Shown: in pieces, positions 1-7,627 of the stretch
How the letters are laid out: every line of letters begins with the position of its first letter
Numbering within the stretch: position 1 is the stretch's first letter
Origin: a virus
Direction: 5' to 3' (one strand)
Length of the DNA stretch: 34,967 bases
UHGV virus genome: UHGV-0384159
Position numbers and translations under genes: made by a program
Notes under the pieces: model-generated
Seen by the model: only the letters and a program-made list of their open reading frames with translations
Database searches by the model: none
Told to the model about the DNA's origin: nothing

Positions 1-149
1 CCCCCCCCTCCGACGTGTGGGTATTCAGCGAGCGGCGGACCTGCGCCAAAAACGGGGATTTTTCCAAAACCGAAGGCGGCGCCATTGCCTACGCTTGGTT
101 TCACTGGGTCAAAGGATATAACAATCAAACTATTGTGAAGTGGTTATGA
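1..149 (+). CDS. 3' portion of a DNA methyltransferase ORF (C-terminal fragment; continues in frame from the ORF starting at 34514 if the molecule is circular); stop TGA 147-149
   Basis: Reading codons from position 3 gives PPSDVWVFSERRTCAKNGDFSKTEGGAIAYAWFHWVKGYNNQTIVKWL*, which is protein-like. Joining 34967 to 1 keeps the frame of the 34514 ORF (…RRRLFDV-A-PPSDVW…). Stop overlaps the next gene's ATG (ATGA). Confidence 0.45.
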   Translation, partial: PPSDVWVFSERRTCAKNGDFSKTEGGAIAYAWFHWVKGYNNQTIVKWL

Positions 150-931
150 AAGCCGTACTGCGATATTTAGGCGGTAAAAACCGCCTTGCCCCGTGGATTA
201 TCCGGCATTTCCCGGCTCACACTTGCTATGTGGAGCCATACAGCGGAAGCCTGGGTGTCTTGCTCAACAAGGCCCCGGCGCCGGTGGAAATCTGCAATGA
301 CAAAGACGGCGAGATTGTCAACCTGTTCCGCGTCCTCCGCAGTGAGGACGCCGGACGGCTGCTTGAGGCCGTCATGCTGACCCCATACAGCCGTGACGAG
401 CTCAACGACTCCGCCCCTGCAGGTGATGCCGTGGAGCGTGCCCGGCGTCTGCTAGTGCGCTCCTGGATGGGGATTGCAAGCGACTCTTTCAGGGATGGAC
501 GTTCCGGCTTACTCGTAAGCCGGAACAGGGTGCCTTCTCCGGCTACCGACTGGGACCGGCTGCCGGAAACTCTGCGGCTGGCCACCCAGCGGTTAAAGCA
601 CGTCCACGTGGAAAACCGGGACGCCCTTGACGTCTTACAGGCCCACGACGGGCCGGAAACACTCCACTACGTTGACCCGCCTTACATGCCAGCCACGCGC
701 ACCAGGACGGGGCGATACAGCCATGAGTACACGGAGGACGATCACCGGCGCTTGCTCAACGTCCTGGTCACGCTGCAGGGCAAGGTGGTGTTGTCCGGCT
801 ATGATAACGAGCTTTACAACTCCGCCCTGCAGGGCTGGCACAAGGACTCCATCAAGACCATTTCCAACATGAGCAGTCCACGTGTGGAATGCCTGTGGAT
901 TAACTACAACCCCCAACTGACGCTTTTTTGA
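146..931 (+). CDS. N6-adenine DNA methyltransferase, Dam-like (D12 class)
   Basis: N-terminal LRYLGGKNRLAPWI motif and DPPY motif IV (VDPPYMPATR). ATG 146 overlaps the upstream stop (ATGA); GTG 140 is an alternative start. Confidence 0.7.
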   Translation: MKAVLRYLGGKNRLAPWIIRHFPAHTCYVEPYSGSLGVLLNKAPAPVEICNDKDGEIVNLFRVLRSEDAGRLLEAVMLTPYSRDELNDSAPAGDAVERARRLLVRSWMGIASDSFRDGRSGLLVSRNRVPSPATDWDRLPETLRLATQRLKHVHVENRDALDVLQAHDGPETLHYVDPPYMPATRTRTGRYSHEYTEDDHRRLLNVLVTLQGKVVLSGYDNELYNSALQGWHKDSIKTISNMSSPRVECLWINYNPQLTLF

Positions 932-933
932 TT

Positions 934-1458
934 ATGGCGCGTAAACCAACATCTTTAATCCCGCGGACGCACCGGGAATTATGCGAAATTGCTGAACGCT
1001 GGCTCATGGGCTCTGCCCGTTGCCGGGTGGCGATCGCGGAACCGAACTGCATCGTTACGGACGAGCAGCCCGACGCTATAGGTTTCAAGGGATCGTATAG
1101 CATCCTCGTTGAGGCTAAAACCAGCCGGGCGGATTTTTTGGCAGACCTCAAAAAGCCGTTCCGCCTCCGTCCTCAAAAGGGTATGGGGTATTGCCGATAC
1201 TACATCTGTGAGCCGGGGATCATCACAGAAGATGACCTGCCGGAACGGTGGGGATTACTGTATGTCCTCCCTGGCGGACGGGTTCGGATAGTTCGGTACA
1301 GCAGACATTTCCGTGAGGCAAACTACGCCGCTGAAAGGAGCCTTTTGACCGCATGCCTGTACATCCAGAAGCCGCTAAAAATCAATACTGTTCAAGGCAG
1401 GAAAATACAGCTCTCACCTGCATTTGGCGCAGAAGCAAAAGAGAAGGAGGGGATATAG
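934..1458 (+). CDS. hypothetical protein, possible PD-(D/E)XK nuclease-like (MmcB-like)
   Basis: ORF with D…EAK motif (PDAIGF…ILVEAKTSRADF); ATG 3 nt after the Dam stop. Confidence 0.35.
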   Translation: MARKPTSLIPRTHRELCEIAERWLMGSARCRVAIAEPNCIVTDEQPDAIGFKGSYSILVEAKTSRADFLADLKKPFRLRPQKGMGYCRYYICEPGIITEDDLPERWGLLYVLPGGRVRIVRYSRHFREANYAAERSLLTACLYIQKPLKINTVQGRKIQLSPAFGAEAKEKEGI

Positions 1459-1463
1459 TATAT

Positions 1464-2219
1464 ATGGCCGGAGACTGGATAAAGGTTGAACACACAACAC
1501 CCGACAAGCCGGAAGTGGTGAAGTTGGCCGACATGCTCGGCATTGATCAGGATGCCGTGGTTGGAAAGCTGCTGCGCCTTTGGATTTGGGCTGATCAACA
1601 ATCCGTCTCTGGTAACGCTATCACCGTTACAAATTCGTTTCTCGACCGTCTCGTATTCTGCCCCGGTTTCGCCGCTGGGCTTGTCAAAGTCGGCTGGTTG
1701 AATGGACGCAATGGACTCCTTTCAATCCCCAATTTTGACCGCCATAATGGCCAAACCGCTAAGAATAGGGCCAATACGAACCGCCGAGTTGCGAATCACC
1801 GAAAAGGACGTAACGATGAAACCGTTACAGATGTAACGCCCGAACCGTTACAAAAACCGTTACCAGAGAAGAGAAGAGAAGATAATACTACTACACCAAC
1901 TACAACCGGGCGCGAAGTCTGCCAATTTCCGCAGGACGTGTCCGAAATTGACCGCTTCATGGCCGCTCAAGTGCTGCACCCGCTCGGAGACGAGCTTACC
2001 CGGTGCGCCGAACGGTTTTTTAACGAGCAAGCCGCCGTTGGCTGGAAAAACAAGCACGGCATCCCCCTGGCGGACTGGCGGCCCCTGGCCCGCCAATACG
2101 CCGCCACCTGGGCCCGCAACAACGCGGCCGAAGCTGGCTTAAAGCCCGCCAATGCCGCGGGAACCGCATCAAAATCAACACCTAAACCATCACGAAGAGA
2201 TGAACTCTGGACAGACTGA
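1464..2219 (+). CDS. phage replication protein (replisome organizer N-terminal-like domain)
   Basis: SD AAGGAGGGG upstream of ATG 1464. N-terminus MAGDWIKVEHTTPDKPEVVKLADMLGIDQDAVVGKLLRLWIWADQQ resembles the phage replisome organizer N-terminal region. Confidence 0.45.
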   Translation: MAGDWIKVEHTTPDKPEVVKLADMLGIDQDAVVGKLLRLWIWADQQSVSGNAITVTNSFLDRLVFCPGFAAGLVKVGWLNGRNGLLSIPNFDRHNGQTAKNRANTNRRVANHRKGRNDETVTDVTPEPLQKPLPEKRREDNTTTPTTTGREVCQFPQDVSEIDRFMAAQVLHPLGDELTRCAERFFNEQAAVGWKNKHGIPLADWRPLARQYAATWARNNAAEAGLKPANAAGTASKSTPKPSRRDELWTD

Positions 2220-2940
2220 CGACCCCATTGACGCCCGGCACGCCCTCAAAGGTGCCGACATTGAAAGCCTCTTGGCATCCATGACAGCGCTTGCCACGGA
2301 TGACGGAAGAAGCATTGAAGAACTGGAAGCGGAAGCGCTCGCCGCCGAGAAACAGCGGGAGGAAGAACGCAAGGCAACCTATGAACGCCTGGGCCTGGTT
2401 GACCGAGGCTTTCCTCGCCGGGCGATTGATTGCCTCGACGAAGTGACCGGAGAACCATGGAAGAAGGCCCTCCGTGATGCCTATCGCCTTGTTTTGACTC
2501 CTGGGAGTATCATTGTACTAAACGGACGCTACGGCACCGGGAAAACGGTTTTAAGCACGTTTCTTGCCCGCGTCATGTACCGGCGCAAGAAGCGCGTCCT
2601 CTATACCAAGGCCTATGATTACACGATGGCCCTGCGGGAGACGTTCAACGGCGGCGGCTCTGAATCCTCTGTCATGGCCCGCTACAAGTCGCCTTATCTG
2701 CTGGTCCTGGACGAGTATCACGAGGTAAAGGACACGGACTTTACAGGCCCGGCGCTGGAACGGCTCATTGACTACCGGCACCAGAACGGCAAGCCGACCA
2801 TCATCATTGCCAACTACAGCCCCGCCGCCCTGGAGGATCGCCTCGGCCCGGCCATTGTTTCACGCATCCATCTATGCGGCACCATCATCACGTGTGATTG
2901 GCAATCGTACCGTGAGATCAACTACAACCTCCGGGAATAG
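2152..2940 (+). CDS. DnaC/IstB-like AAA+ ATPase (replicative helicase loader)
   Basis: Walker A GRYGTGKT and Walker B LLVLDEYHE. Alternative start ATG 2200 overlaps the upstream gene. Confidence 0.65.
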   Translation: MPREPHQNQHLNHHEEMNSGQTDDPIDARHALKGADIESLLASMTALATDDGRSIEELEAEALAAEKQREEERKATYERLGLVDRGFPRRAIDCLDEVTGEPWKKALRDAYRLVLTPGSIIVLNGRYGTGKTVLSTFLARVMYRRKKRVLYTKAYDYTMALRETFNGGGSESSVMARYKSPYLLVLDEYHEVKDTDFTGPALERLIDYRHQNGKPTIIIANYSPAALEDRLGPAIVSRIHLCGTIITCDWQSYREINYNLRE

Positions 2941-2941
2941 C

Positions 2942-2976
2942 CCTGGAATCTCGTATACCCCCTGGAATCTCGTATA
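2942..2976. repeat. tandem direct repeat CCTGGAATCTCGTATA x2
   Basis: Exact 16-bp copies at 2942-2957 and 2961-2976 between convergent genes. Confidence 0.6.
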
Positions 2977-2990
2977 GGGGGCGCGTTTTT
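2958..2990 (+). terminator. putative intrinsic terminator (CCCCC…GGGGG stem, then CGCG TTTTT)
   Basis: 5-bp G/C stem with 14-nt loop followed by a T5 run, directly after the DnaC-like gene stop. Confidence 0.35.
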
Positions 2991-3002
2991 ATCTTGGAAA
3001 GA

Positions 3003-4307
3003 TCAAGATTGTTTCTTTGTAGACCGCCCCCTTGTATCAAACGCCGGGATATTTAATTTTCTCCTTGCTTTTCCGATAACTTGTATTGATTTGCCTGTTT
3101 TATTAGCGACTTCTTTATCAGTCATTGTGCCCAGCAGGGATTTAATGTATTCGTCCCCTTCTATTGTTTCTTGCAAGCTTTTTTCCTCACGTAATGCCGG
3201 AACATTCAATTTCTGTCTAATTCTTCTTACTGCCTCGTCATCAATATTAAATTTTTCGGCTATTACTCTATCATAAACTTTCCCAAGCATAGATAAGAGT
3301 TTTTTACGTTGGTCCGGTGAAAATCTTTCTAAAATGCTTTTACTGAAAGGCTTAATTTTGTTCTGTTCTCTAAATTTTTTAATTACATATACGCTGTACC
3401 CTGTTTTTTTTGCAATTTTTAAATCTGATACTCTTCCCAATAAATTAAGAATTATATCCTTGTCCGCATCCTTAATGGGAGAGTATGGAGCTGGAGCAAT
3501 TTTTAATTTTCTACGGTTCCGCGCTACAACATTAAGCGATATTCCAAGCCTTTCAGCAATTTCGCTATCAGGAACTTTCCCAAGCATGGATAGCATTTCT
3601 TCGCGTTTCTCTTCGGGGAATTTAGTATCAGATAATGATGGAATGCCCATCTTTTTTCTAATAAGCGCAATTCCTGCCTTGGAATAACCGAATTTTTTAG
3701 CAATTTCATCATCCGGGGTCTTTCCAAGCATGTTAATTAACTCTTCGGGATACTCTTTTTTCTTGTGTGGTTTATTTGGGTCTCGTGGCTGACGGGGTTT
3801 ACGCGGCCCCCTATATGACTTAATCCCTAATTTCTTTCTAAGGTAGGCTACTCTGGAATTTGAGTATCCAAACTTCTTGGCACACTCCGAGTCAGGAATT
3901 TTTCCGAGCACTGCAATAAGCTCTTCATCGTGTTGGATGCGGATTGCTTCAGGGCTGCAATACTTTTTGATACCTAATTTATAGCGTTCAGTCTGGACCG
4001 TGACGCGCGCTATTCCGAGTAGCTCGGCGATTTCCAGATCAGGTTTTTTGCCCAACATGGACCGCATTTCTTCACGCTGTTCGTGAGAAAGAATGCGGTG
4101 AAACCTCTTTTCTCGGTATTTTTCATGCAATAACTCCATGAGCAATTGCATGTATTCAGGCGTGGGATGTGGTTTTTTAGTATTTAGCCACTTCCAAACA
4201 GCATCTTCCGTCACCCGCATCATCTGCGCGGCCCTTTTTACAGCTTGGGTAGGATTTGGAAGATTGTTGGCAGTTTGAAGCCAGTCGATAAATTCTTGTG
4301 CGGTCAT
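3003..4307 (-). CDS. protein with about eight tandem helix-turn-helix repeats (resolvase/sigma-4-like HTH motif, roughly 45-aa period), in AT-rich island 1
   Basis: Repeated unit …EEMLSMLGK(V/T)PD(S/D)EIA(K/E)KFGYS…(I/V)…R(K/R)KLGI… about 8 times, plus an N-terminal AlpA-like segment (RVTEDAVWKWL). Strongly AT-rich compared with flanking DNA. Confidence 0.6.
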   Translation of the reverse strand: MTAQEFIDWLQTANNLPNPTQAVKRAAQMMRVTEDAVWKWLNTKKPHPTPEYMQLLMELLHEKYREKRFHRILSHEQREEMRSMLGKKPDLEIAELLGIARVTVQTERYKLGIKKYCSPEAIRIQHDEELIAVLGKIPDSECAKKFGYSNSRVAYLRKKLGIKSYRGPRKPRQPRDPNKPHKKKEYPEELINMLGKTPDDEIAKKFGYSKAGIALIRKKMGIPSLSDTKFPEEKREEMLSMLGKVPDSEIAERLGISLNVVARNRRKLKIAPAPYSPIKDADKDIILNLLGRVSDLKIAKKTGYSVYVIKKFREQNKIKPFSKSILERFSPDQRKKLLSMLGKVYDRVIAEKFNIDDEAVRRIRQKLNVPALREEKSLQETIEGDEYIKSLLGTMTDKEVANKTGKSIQVIGKARRKLNIPAFDTRGRSTKKQS

Positions 4308-4317
4308 AGTGAGAAAG

Positions 4318-4336
4318 GAGGGGCGGCTTTGCCGCC
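4318..4336. other. perfect hairpin GGGGCGGC-TTT-GCCGCCCC between the two island genes
   Basis: 8-bp G/C inverted repeat with 3-nt loop, 11 nt upstream of the 4307 start codon on the minus strand. On the minus strand it is followed by UCCUUUCUC, so it could be a terminator or attenuator. Confidence 0.4.
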
Positions 4337-4348
4337 CCTGGGGGTTAT

Positions 4349-4672
4349 TTAGTGAGCTTCAACGCGGGAAGCGTCCTGCGTCCAGTTGAGGTTTTCTCCT
4401 TCAATTTCTTCGCCCGTCATTTGTTCAAAGACCATGAAGATTTCAACCTTGTTCCCTTCTGCATCATAGCCGGGAGCAGACCATTCTTCCATATAGCTGC
4501 CGTCTTCGTATTTGTCCGCATAGGAGCCAGGGAAAACCCTGTTGGTGTATTCCATCTGGCGCGCTGCATAGTAGGTCTTGCCTTCAAACTTGTAGCTGCC
4601 AAATTCACGTTCAAGAGCGGTCAGGTTGATTTCTTCTCCGTCTTCCGTGGTGATGATTTTGTTATCGTTCAT
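4349..4672 (-). CDS. small, strongly acidic hypothetical protein
   Basis: 107-aa ORF rich in D/E (…EDGEEINLTALEREF…EEIEGENLNW…), in the AT-rich island. Confidence 0.45.
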   Translation of the reverse strand: MNDNKIITTEDGEEINLTALEREFGSYKFEGKTYYAARQMEYTNRVFPGSYADKYEDGSYMEEWSAPGYDAEGNKVEIFMVFEQMTGEEIEGENLNWTQDASRVEAH

Positions 4673-4746
4673 TGTCTTGTTCTTTCTAGTTTTGTTATTT
4701 GGATTATGTCTTCGTTCGGTCCCTTACCTCCCGTCAACAAAATTAA

Positions 4747-4769
4747 GTTACTATAAAATTTATAGTAAC
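4747..4769. promoter_or_regulatory. perfect 23-bp AT-rich palindrome GTTACTATAAA-A-TTTATAGTAAC (putative operator) upstream of the minus-strand island operon, next to phased A6 tracts (4776-4800)
   Basis: Exact inverted repeat read from the sequence, about 75-97 bp upstream of the 4672 start. Three A6 tracts follow at roughly 8-10 bp spacing. Confidence 0.45.
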
Positions 4770-4939
4770 GCAAGAGAAAAAATGAAAAAAGGTGAAAAAA
4801 GTTGTCATTCCGTTTTTGCTTGCGGCCTGGCGCAGAATATGAGAGAAGTAATTTGTTCTTTCTAGGAACACGTCAGCCCTCCGGGGCTGTGGATTAAAAC
4901 GATCACAAGATCAGCACGAGCGGAAACGCTCATTCCCTT

Positions 4940-4972
4940 AAAAAGGGCGGTTCTTCGGGGCTGCCCTTTTTT
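4940..4972. terminator. putative bidirectional intrinsic terminator (AAAAAGGGCGG…CTGCCCTTTTTT)
   Basis: G/C stem flanked by an A5 run on the left and a T6 run on the right, immediately downstream of the 4971..5489 minus-strand gene. Confidence 0.5.
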
Positions 4973-5489
4973 ATTCCTTCGGGACGGCAGGGGCGGCAAG
5001 TACCCGCCATCCGGCGCCGCTGCCATGTCCGCATTTGCGGAAGCGTTGTGCAGCACAAACCAGGAGCTTATAGACCTTTTTCCCCTTTTCTTCGCCGTAC
5101 CGGTCTATCATGTAGAGTTTGAGATTCCGAGCCGTGACTTTCTCTCCATCCGGGGATTCCAGCAGCCATATCTTTGCATGGCAATTTGTCTCAAATTTCC
5201 CTGTTCTGGGGTGCTTCCTGGGGCCGGGAACTCCCCGATGCTTGCAAGCCTCCTGAAAGGCTTCTGACGTGATTTTCCGCCCCTTCTGGGCTGCATTCGC
5301 GCAAGGATAAGAGCAATGTTTCCGCCGAAAGAGTTTTTTAGCGCGGAATTCCTTTCCGCACACGGGGCAGGTGATAGTTTCCCAGGCGGCGTCATAGTGT
5401 GCCTTGAGGCAAGCGCGGGAGCAGTATACGCTTTCCCGCGCTCCGTAGCGCGGCGGAACATCCTTGCCGCATATAGGACACTTTTTCAC
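4971..5489 (-). CDS. zinc-ribbon / Cys-rich hypothetical protein
   Basis: Several CxxC pairs (CPICGK…CSRAC; CPVCGKEF…CSYPC). Confidence 0.45.
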   Translation of the reverse strand: MKKCPICGKDVPPRYGARESVYCSRACLKAHYDAAWETITCPVCGKEFRAKKLFRRKHCSYPCANAAQKGRKITSEAFQEACKHRGVPGPRKHPRTGKFETNCHAKIWLLESPDGEKVTARNLKLYMIDRYGEEKGKKVYKLLVCAAQRFRKCGHGSGAGWRVLAAPAVPKE

Positions 5490-5594
5490 AAAATCTGTAT
5501 ATGTGAGAGGGTCAGATTTGTCAATGGGCCCAGAAAGGAATGAACAAACAGAGTGCTTGATTTGCTAGCTACTTGTCCTCTAGAGTAGACCTGC

Positions 5595-6110
5595 AGGAAA
5601 AAGAAGCAATCACCTACCGCCAACAAGAAAATAGGACGGCCCAGCCTCTATACGGAGGCATTAGCCGACGAGATAGCCTCCCGTTTAGCCAACGGGGAAA
5701 CGATGAAGTCCATTTGCTCGGACGATCACATGCCGGAGGTTTTAACTGTCTGGAGATGGAGGCACGAACGGGAAGAGTTTTGTAAACTCATTCAACGCGC
5801 GCGGGAAGCGCAGTCAGAAGCCATGCTCGACGAGTGTCAGTCTTTGTCAGATGCCGCTGCCCAGGTTGCCCTCGACCCCGAATGCGGATCCGCCTCCGTC
5901 GCTGCCAAGAAGCTCGCCATTGAAACGCGGCTGAAAGTTGCCGCCCGTTTTGCCCCCGAGAAATTCGGCGACCGAGTCCGGCAGGATGTAGCGGGCGTTC
6001 CCGGCGCTCCATTGGAACGCAAAATCACCCTGGACCCCGAGCAGCTTGCCCAGCTCCGGGAAGACGAGAAAACCGCGCTGGAAACCATTGCCGGCAAACT
6101 CCACCCTTAA
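5595..6110 (+). CDS. terS: terminase small subunit (N-terminal HTH GRPSLYTEALADEIASRLANGETMKSICSDDHMPEVLTVWRW); proposed AGG start
   Basis: The conserved TerS N-terminal HTH lies upstream of the first ATG (5703). The frame is open from 5589 with no ATG/GTG/TTG before 5703; in-frame AGG at 5595. C-terminal ARFAPEKFGDR motif. Confidence 0.55.
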   Translation, partial: RKKKQSPTANKKIGRPSLYTEALADEIASRLANGETMKSICSDDHMPEVLTVWRWRHEREEFCKLIQRAREAQSEAMLDECQSLSDAAAQVALDPECGSASVAAKKLAIETRLKVAARFAPEKFGDRVRQDVAGVPGAPLERKITLDPEQLAQLREDEKTALETIAGKLHP

Positions 6111-6116
6111 TCGAGC

Positions 6117-7490
6117 AGGAACCATCTCCCCGTCAGCTTCTTCCTCCGTCACATTCTCGGACTCGATCCTTATCCCTGGCAAATCGAGGCCATCAAGGCA
6201 TTGCTTCTTGGAAAGGTGAGGCTGGGAGGTCGAAGCGTGGCCATGGTTGCTCCGAACGGATCGGGAAAGACGAGCCTATCCATTGCGCCCGCAATCCTGT
6301 GTTTCCTTACCTATTTTCCTCGGGGTCAGGTGCCAGTCACGTCATCATCATGGATGCAGGTAGAAAAACAGCTCTTTCCCGCGCTTCGCCGCTATATGGA
6401 TAACCCTTTCTTTGACGGCTGGACATTCAACAAAACCGAAATCCGCACGCCGGAAGGAGGATTTGCCGTGGGATTCTCAACCGACAACGCGGGACGCGCA
6501 GAAGGGTGGCATCCGAAAATCTCGCCCGACGTGGATCCCGTCTTTTACGTCCTGGACGAAGCCAAGACCATTCCCGACTCCATCTTCACCGCTGTTTCCC
6601 GCTGCACGCTCTTCAACGCGTTCATCACCTCGTCGCCGGGTGCCGATTCCGGAACCTTTTACGACTGCTTCCACAAAAATTCATCCCTCTACTACAAAAT
6701 CCGCGTTAAATACGAGGATTGCCCGCACATCGAAATCAACGATCCAGGCAAGGCCGAACGCCTGAAAAAAGAATACGGCGAACAGTCCTCCTTCTACCGC
6801 TCGGCCATCCTCGGCGAATTCACGGACCTTGACGGGCAATCCGTCATTTCCCGCCGCGCCATCATGGAGCTGCTCAACAACCCGCCTCCCTTTTTGGACA
6901 CCGGGGAGACCTGCGGCGGCTTTGACTTCGCCGCCGGGGGTGATGAGAATGTCTTCGCGGCCGGACAGGGCAACCGTTTTTTCATCGCCGACCACTGGGC
7001 CGACCCAGACACTGTAGGAGCGCGCGGACGTTTCCGCCGAAAGGCCGCCGAACTCGGCATCTCTGCCGACCGCATCTTTGCCGACGGCGACGGACTGGGG
7101 CTTCCCATCATTGACGACTTCCGGGCTGAGGGTTTCCCCGTGCACTCCTACCGGGGAGGCTTCCCGGCAGATGACACACAAGCCTTTGTCAACCTCCGCG
7201 CCCAAGCATGGCGGGCTCTCGCCCGCGCCATCGAAGAAAAAGAACTCATCCTCGACATTGACGAGGATACGATTGAGCAGCTGGTTGCTCCACGACTCCA
7301 AACCGACGCAATAGGCCGCGTCCGCATTGAAAGCAAAGAAGATATGGCAAAGCGGGGCGTTCGTTCCCCAGACCGGGCCGACGCCCTTGTGATGGCCTGG
7401 CACGCGCGCCGGAACAGCGGACTGGCGCGGACGCTGGGAGCCTGGTACGCCCGTCCCGTGTCATCAAAACGCGCTTACGGGAGATATTAG
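6117..7490 (+). CDS. terL: terminase large subunit (ATPase); proposed AGG start
   Basis: Walker A VAMVAPNGSGKTS. The Q-motif-like LGLDPYPWQIEAI lies upstream of the first canonical start (TTG 6201). Same frame as terS, separated by one TAA; in-frame AGG at 6117. Confidence 0.6.
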   Translation, partial: RNHLPVSFFLRHILGLDPYPWQIEAIKALLLGKVRLGGRSVAMVAPNGSGKTSLSIAPAILCFLTYFPRGQVPVTSSSWMQVEKQLFPALRRYMDNPFFDGWTFNKTEIRTPEGGFAVGFSTDNAGRAEGWHPKISPDVDPVFYVLDEAKTIPDSIFTAVSRCTLFNAFITSSPGADSGTFYDCFHKNSSLYYKIRVKYEDCPHIEINDPGKAERLKKEYGEQSSFYRSAILGEFTDLDGQSVISRRAIMELLNNPPPFLDTGETCGGFDFAAGGDENVFAAGQGNRFFIADHWADPDTVGARGRFRRKAAELGISADRIFADGDGLGLPIIDDFRAEGFPVHSYRGGFPADDTQAFVNLRAQAWRALARAIEEKELILDIDEDTIEQLVAPRLQTDAIGRVRIESKEDMAKRGVRSPDRADALVMAWHARRNSGLARTLGAWYARPVSSKRAYGRY

Positions 7491-7492
7491 GG

Positions 7493-7521
7493 TTGACAAC
7501 ATATCAAGATATCAATATATG
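7493..7521 (+). promoter_or_regulatory. sigma70-like promoter (TTGACA -17- TATATG) upstream of the tRNA
   Basis: Consensus -35 TTGACA at 7493-7498; AT-rich -10 region at 7515-7521; tRNA 5' end at 7538. Confidence 0.4.
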
Positions 7522-7537
7522 ACGATATGTAAGCAAT

Positions 7538-7611
7538 CGCAGGGTGGTGAAACGGTATCACGCGGGGTTCCTGTCCCCGAATCGAAGGTCCAACTCCTTC
7601 CCCTGCAACCA
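7538..7611 (+). tRNA. initiator-like tRNA with anticodon CCU (Arg-type anticodon), CCA encoded
   Basis: Manual cloverleaf: acceptor CGCAGGG/CCCTGCA with C1xA72 mismatch, U8, D-stem GTGA/TCAC with loop AACGGTA, anticodon stem CGGGG/CCCCG with loop TTCCTGT (anticodon 7570-7572), variable loop AATC, T-stem GAAGG/CCTTC with loop TCCAACT, discriminator A, CCA 7609-7611. Confidence 0.7.
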
Positions 7612-7627
7612 CCTTTTCTTTAGCCTC

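Noticed and set aside
4352-4756. Plus-strand ORF 4352..4756 and ORF 3334..3687 in AT-rich island 1
   Set aside because: Antisense to the acidic-protein and HTH-repeat genes; low-complexity hydrophobic translations; no start context.
4971-5489. HNH endonuclease next to the terminase
   Set aside because: Cys pairs are present but no recognisable H-N-H catalytic motif; it is on the opposite strand. Called a generic zinc-ribbon protein.
5573-5640. terS produced by a +1 frameshift or sequencing indel at the GAAAAT run, joining the TTG 5573 ORF to the terS frame
   Set aside because: The TTG 5573 start has no SD and the same missing-start pattern recurs in six other genes without homopolymers, so a systematic mechanism is more parsimonious. 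Read-level data could still revive this.
7544-7627. Six-frame track portal start at GTG 7544 (MVKRYHAGFLSPNRRSNSFPCNHLFF…)
   Set aside because: This stretch is the tRNA gene and its 3' flank read as protein; the composition is not protein-like. The portal more plausibly starts downstream of 7611.
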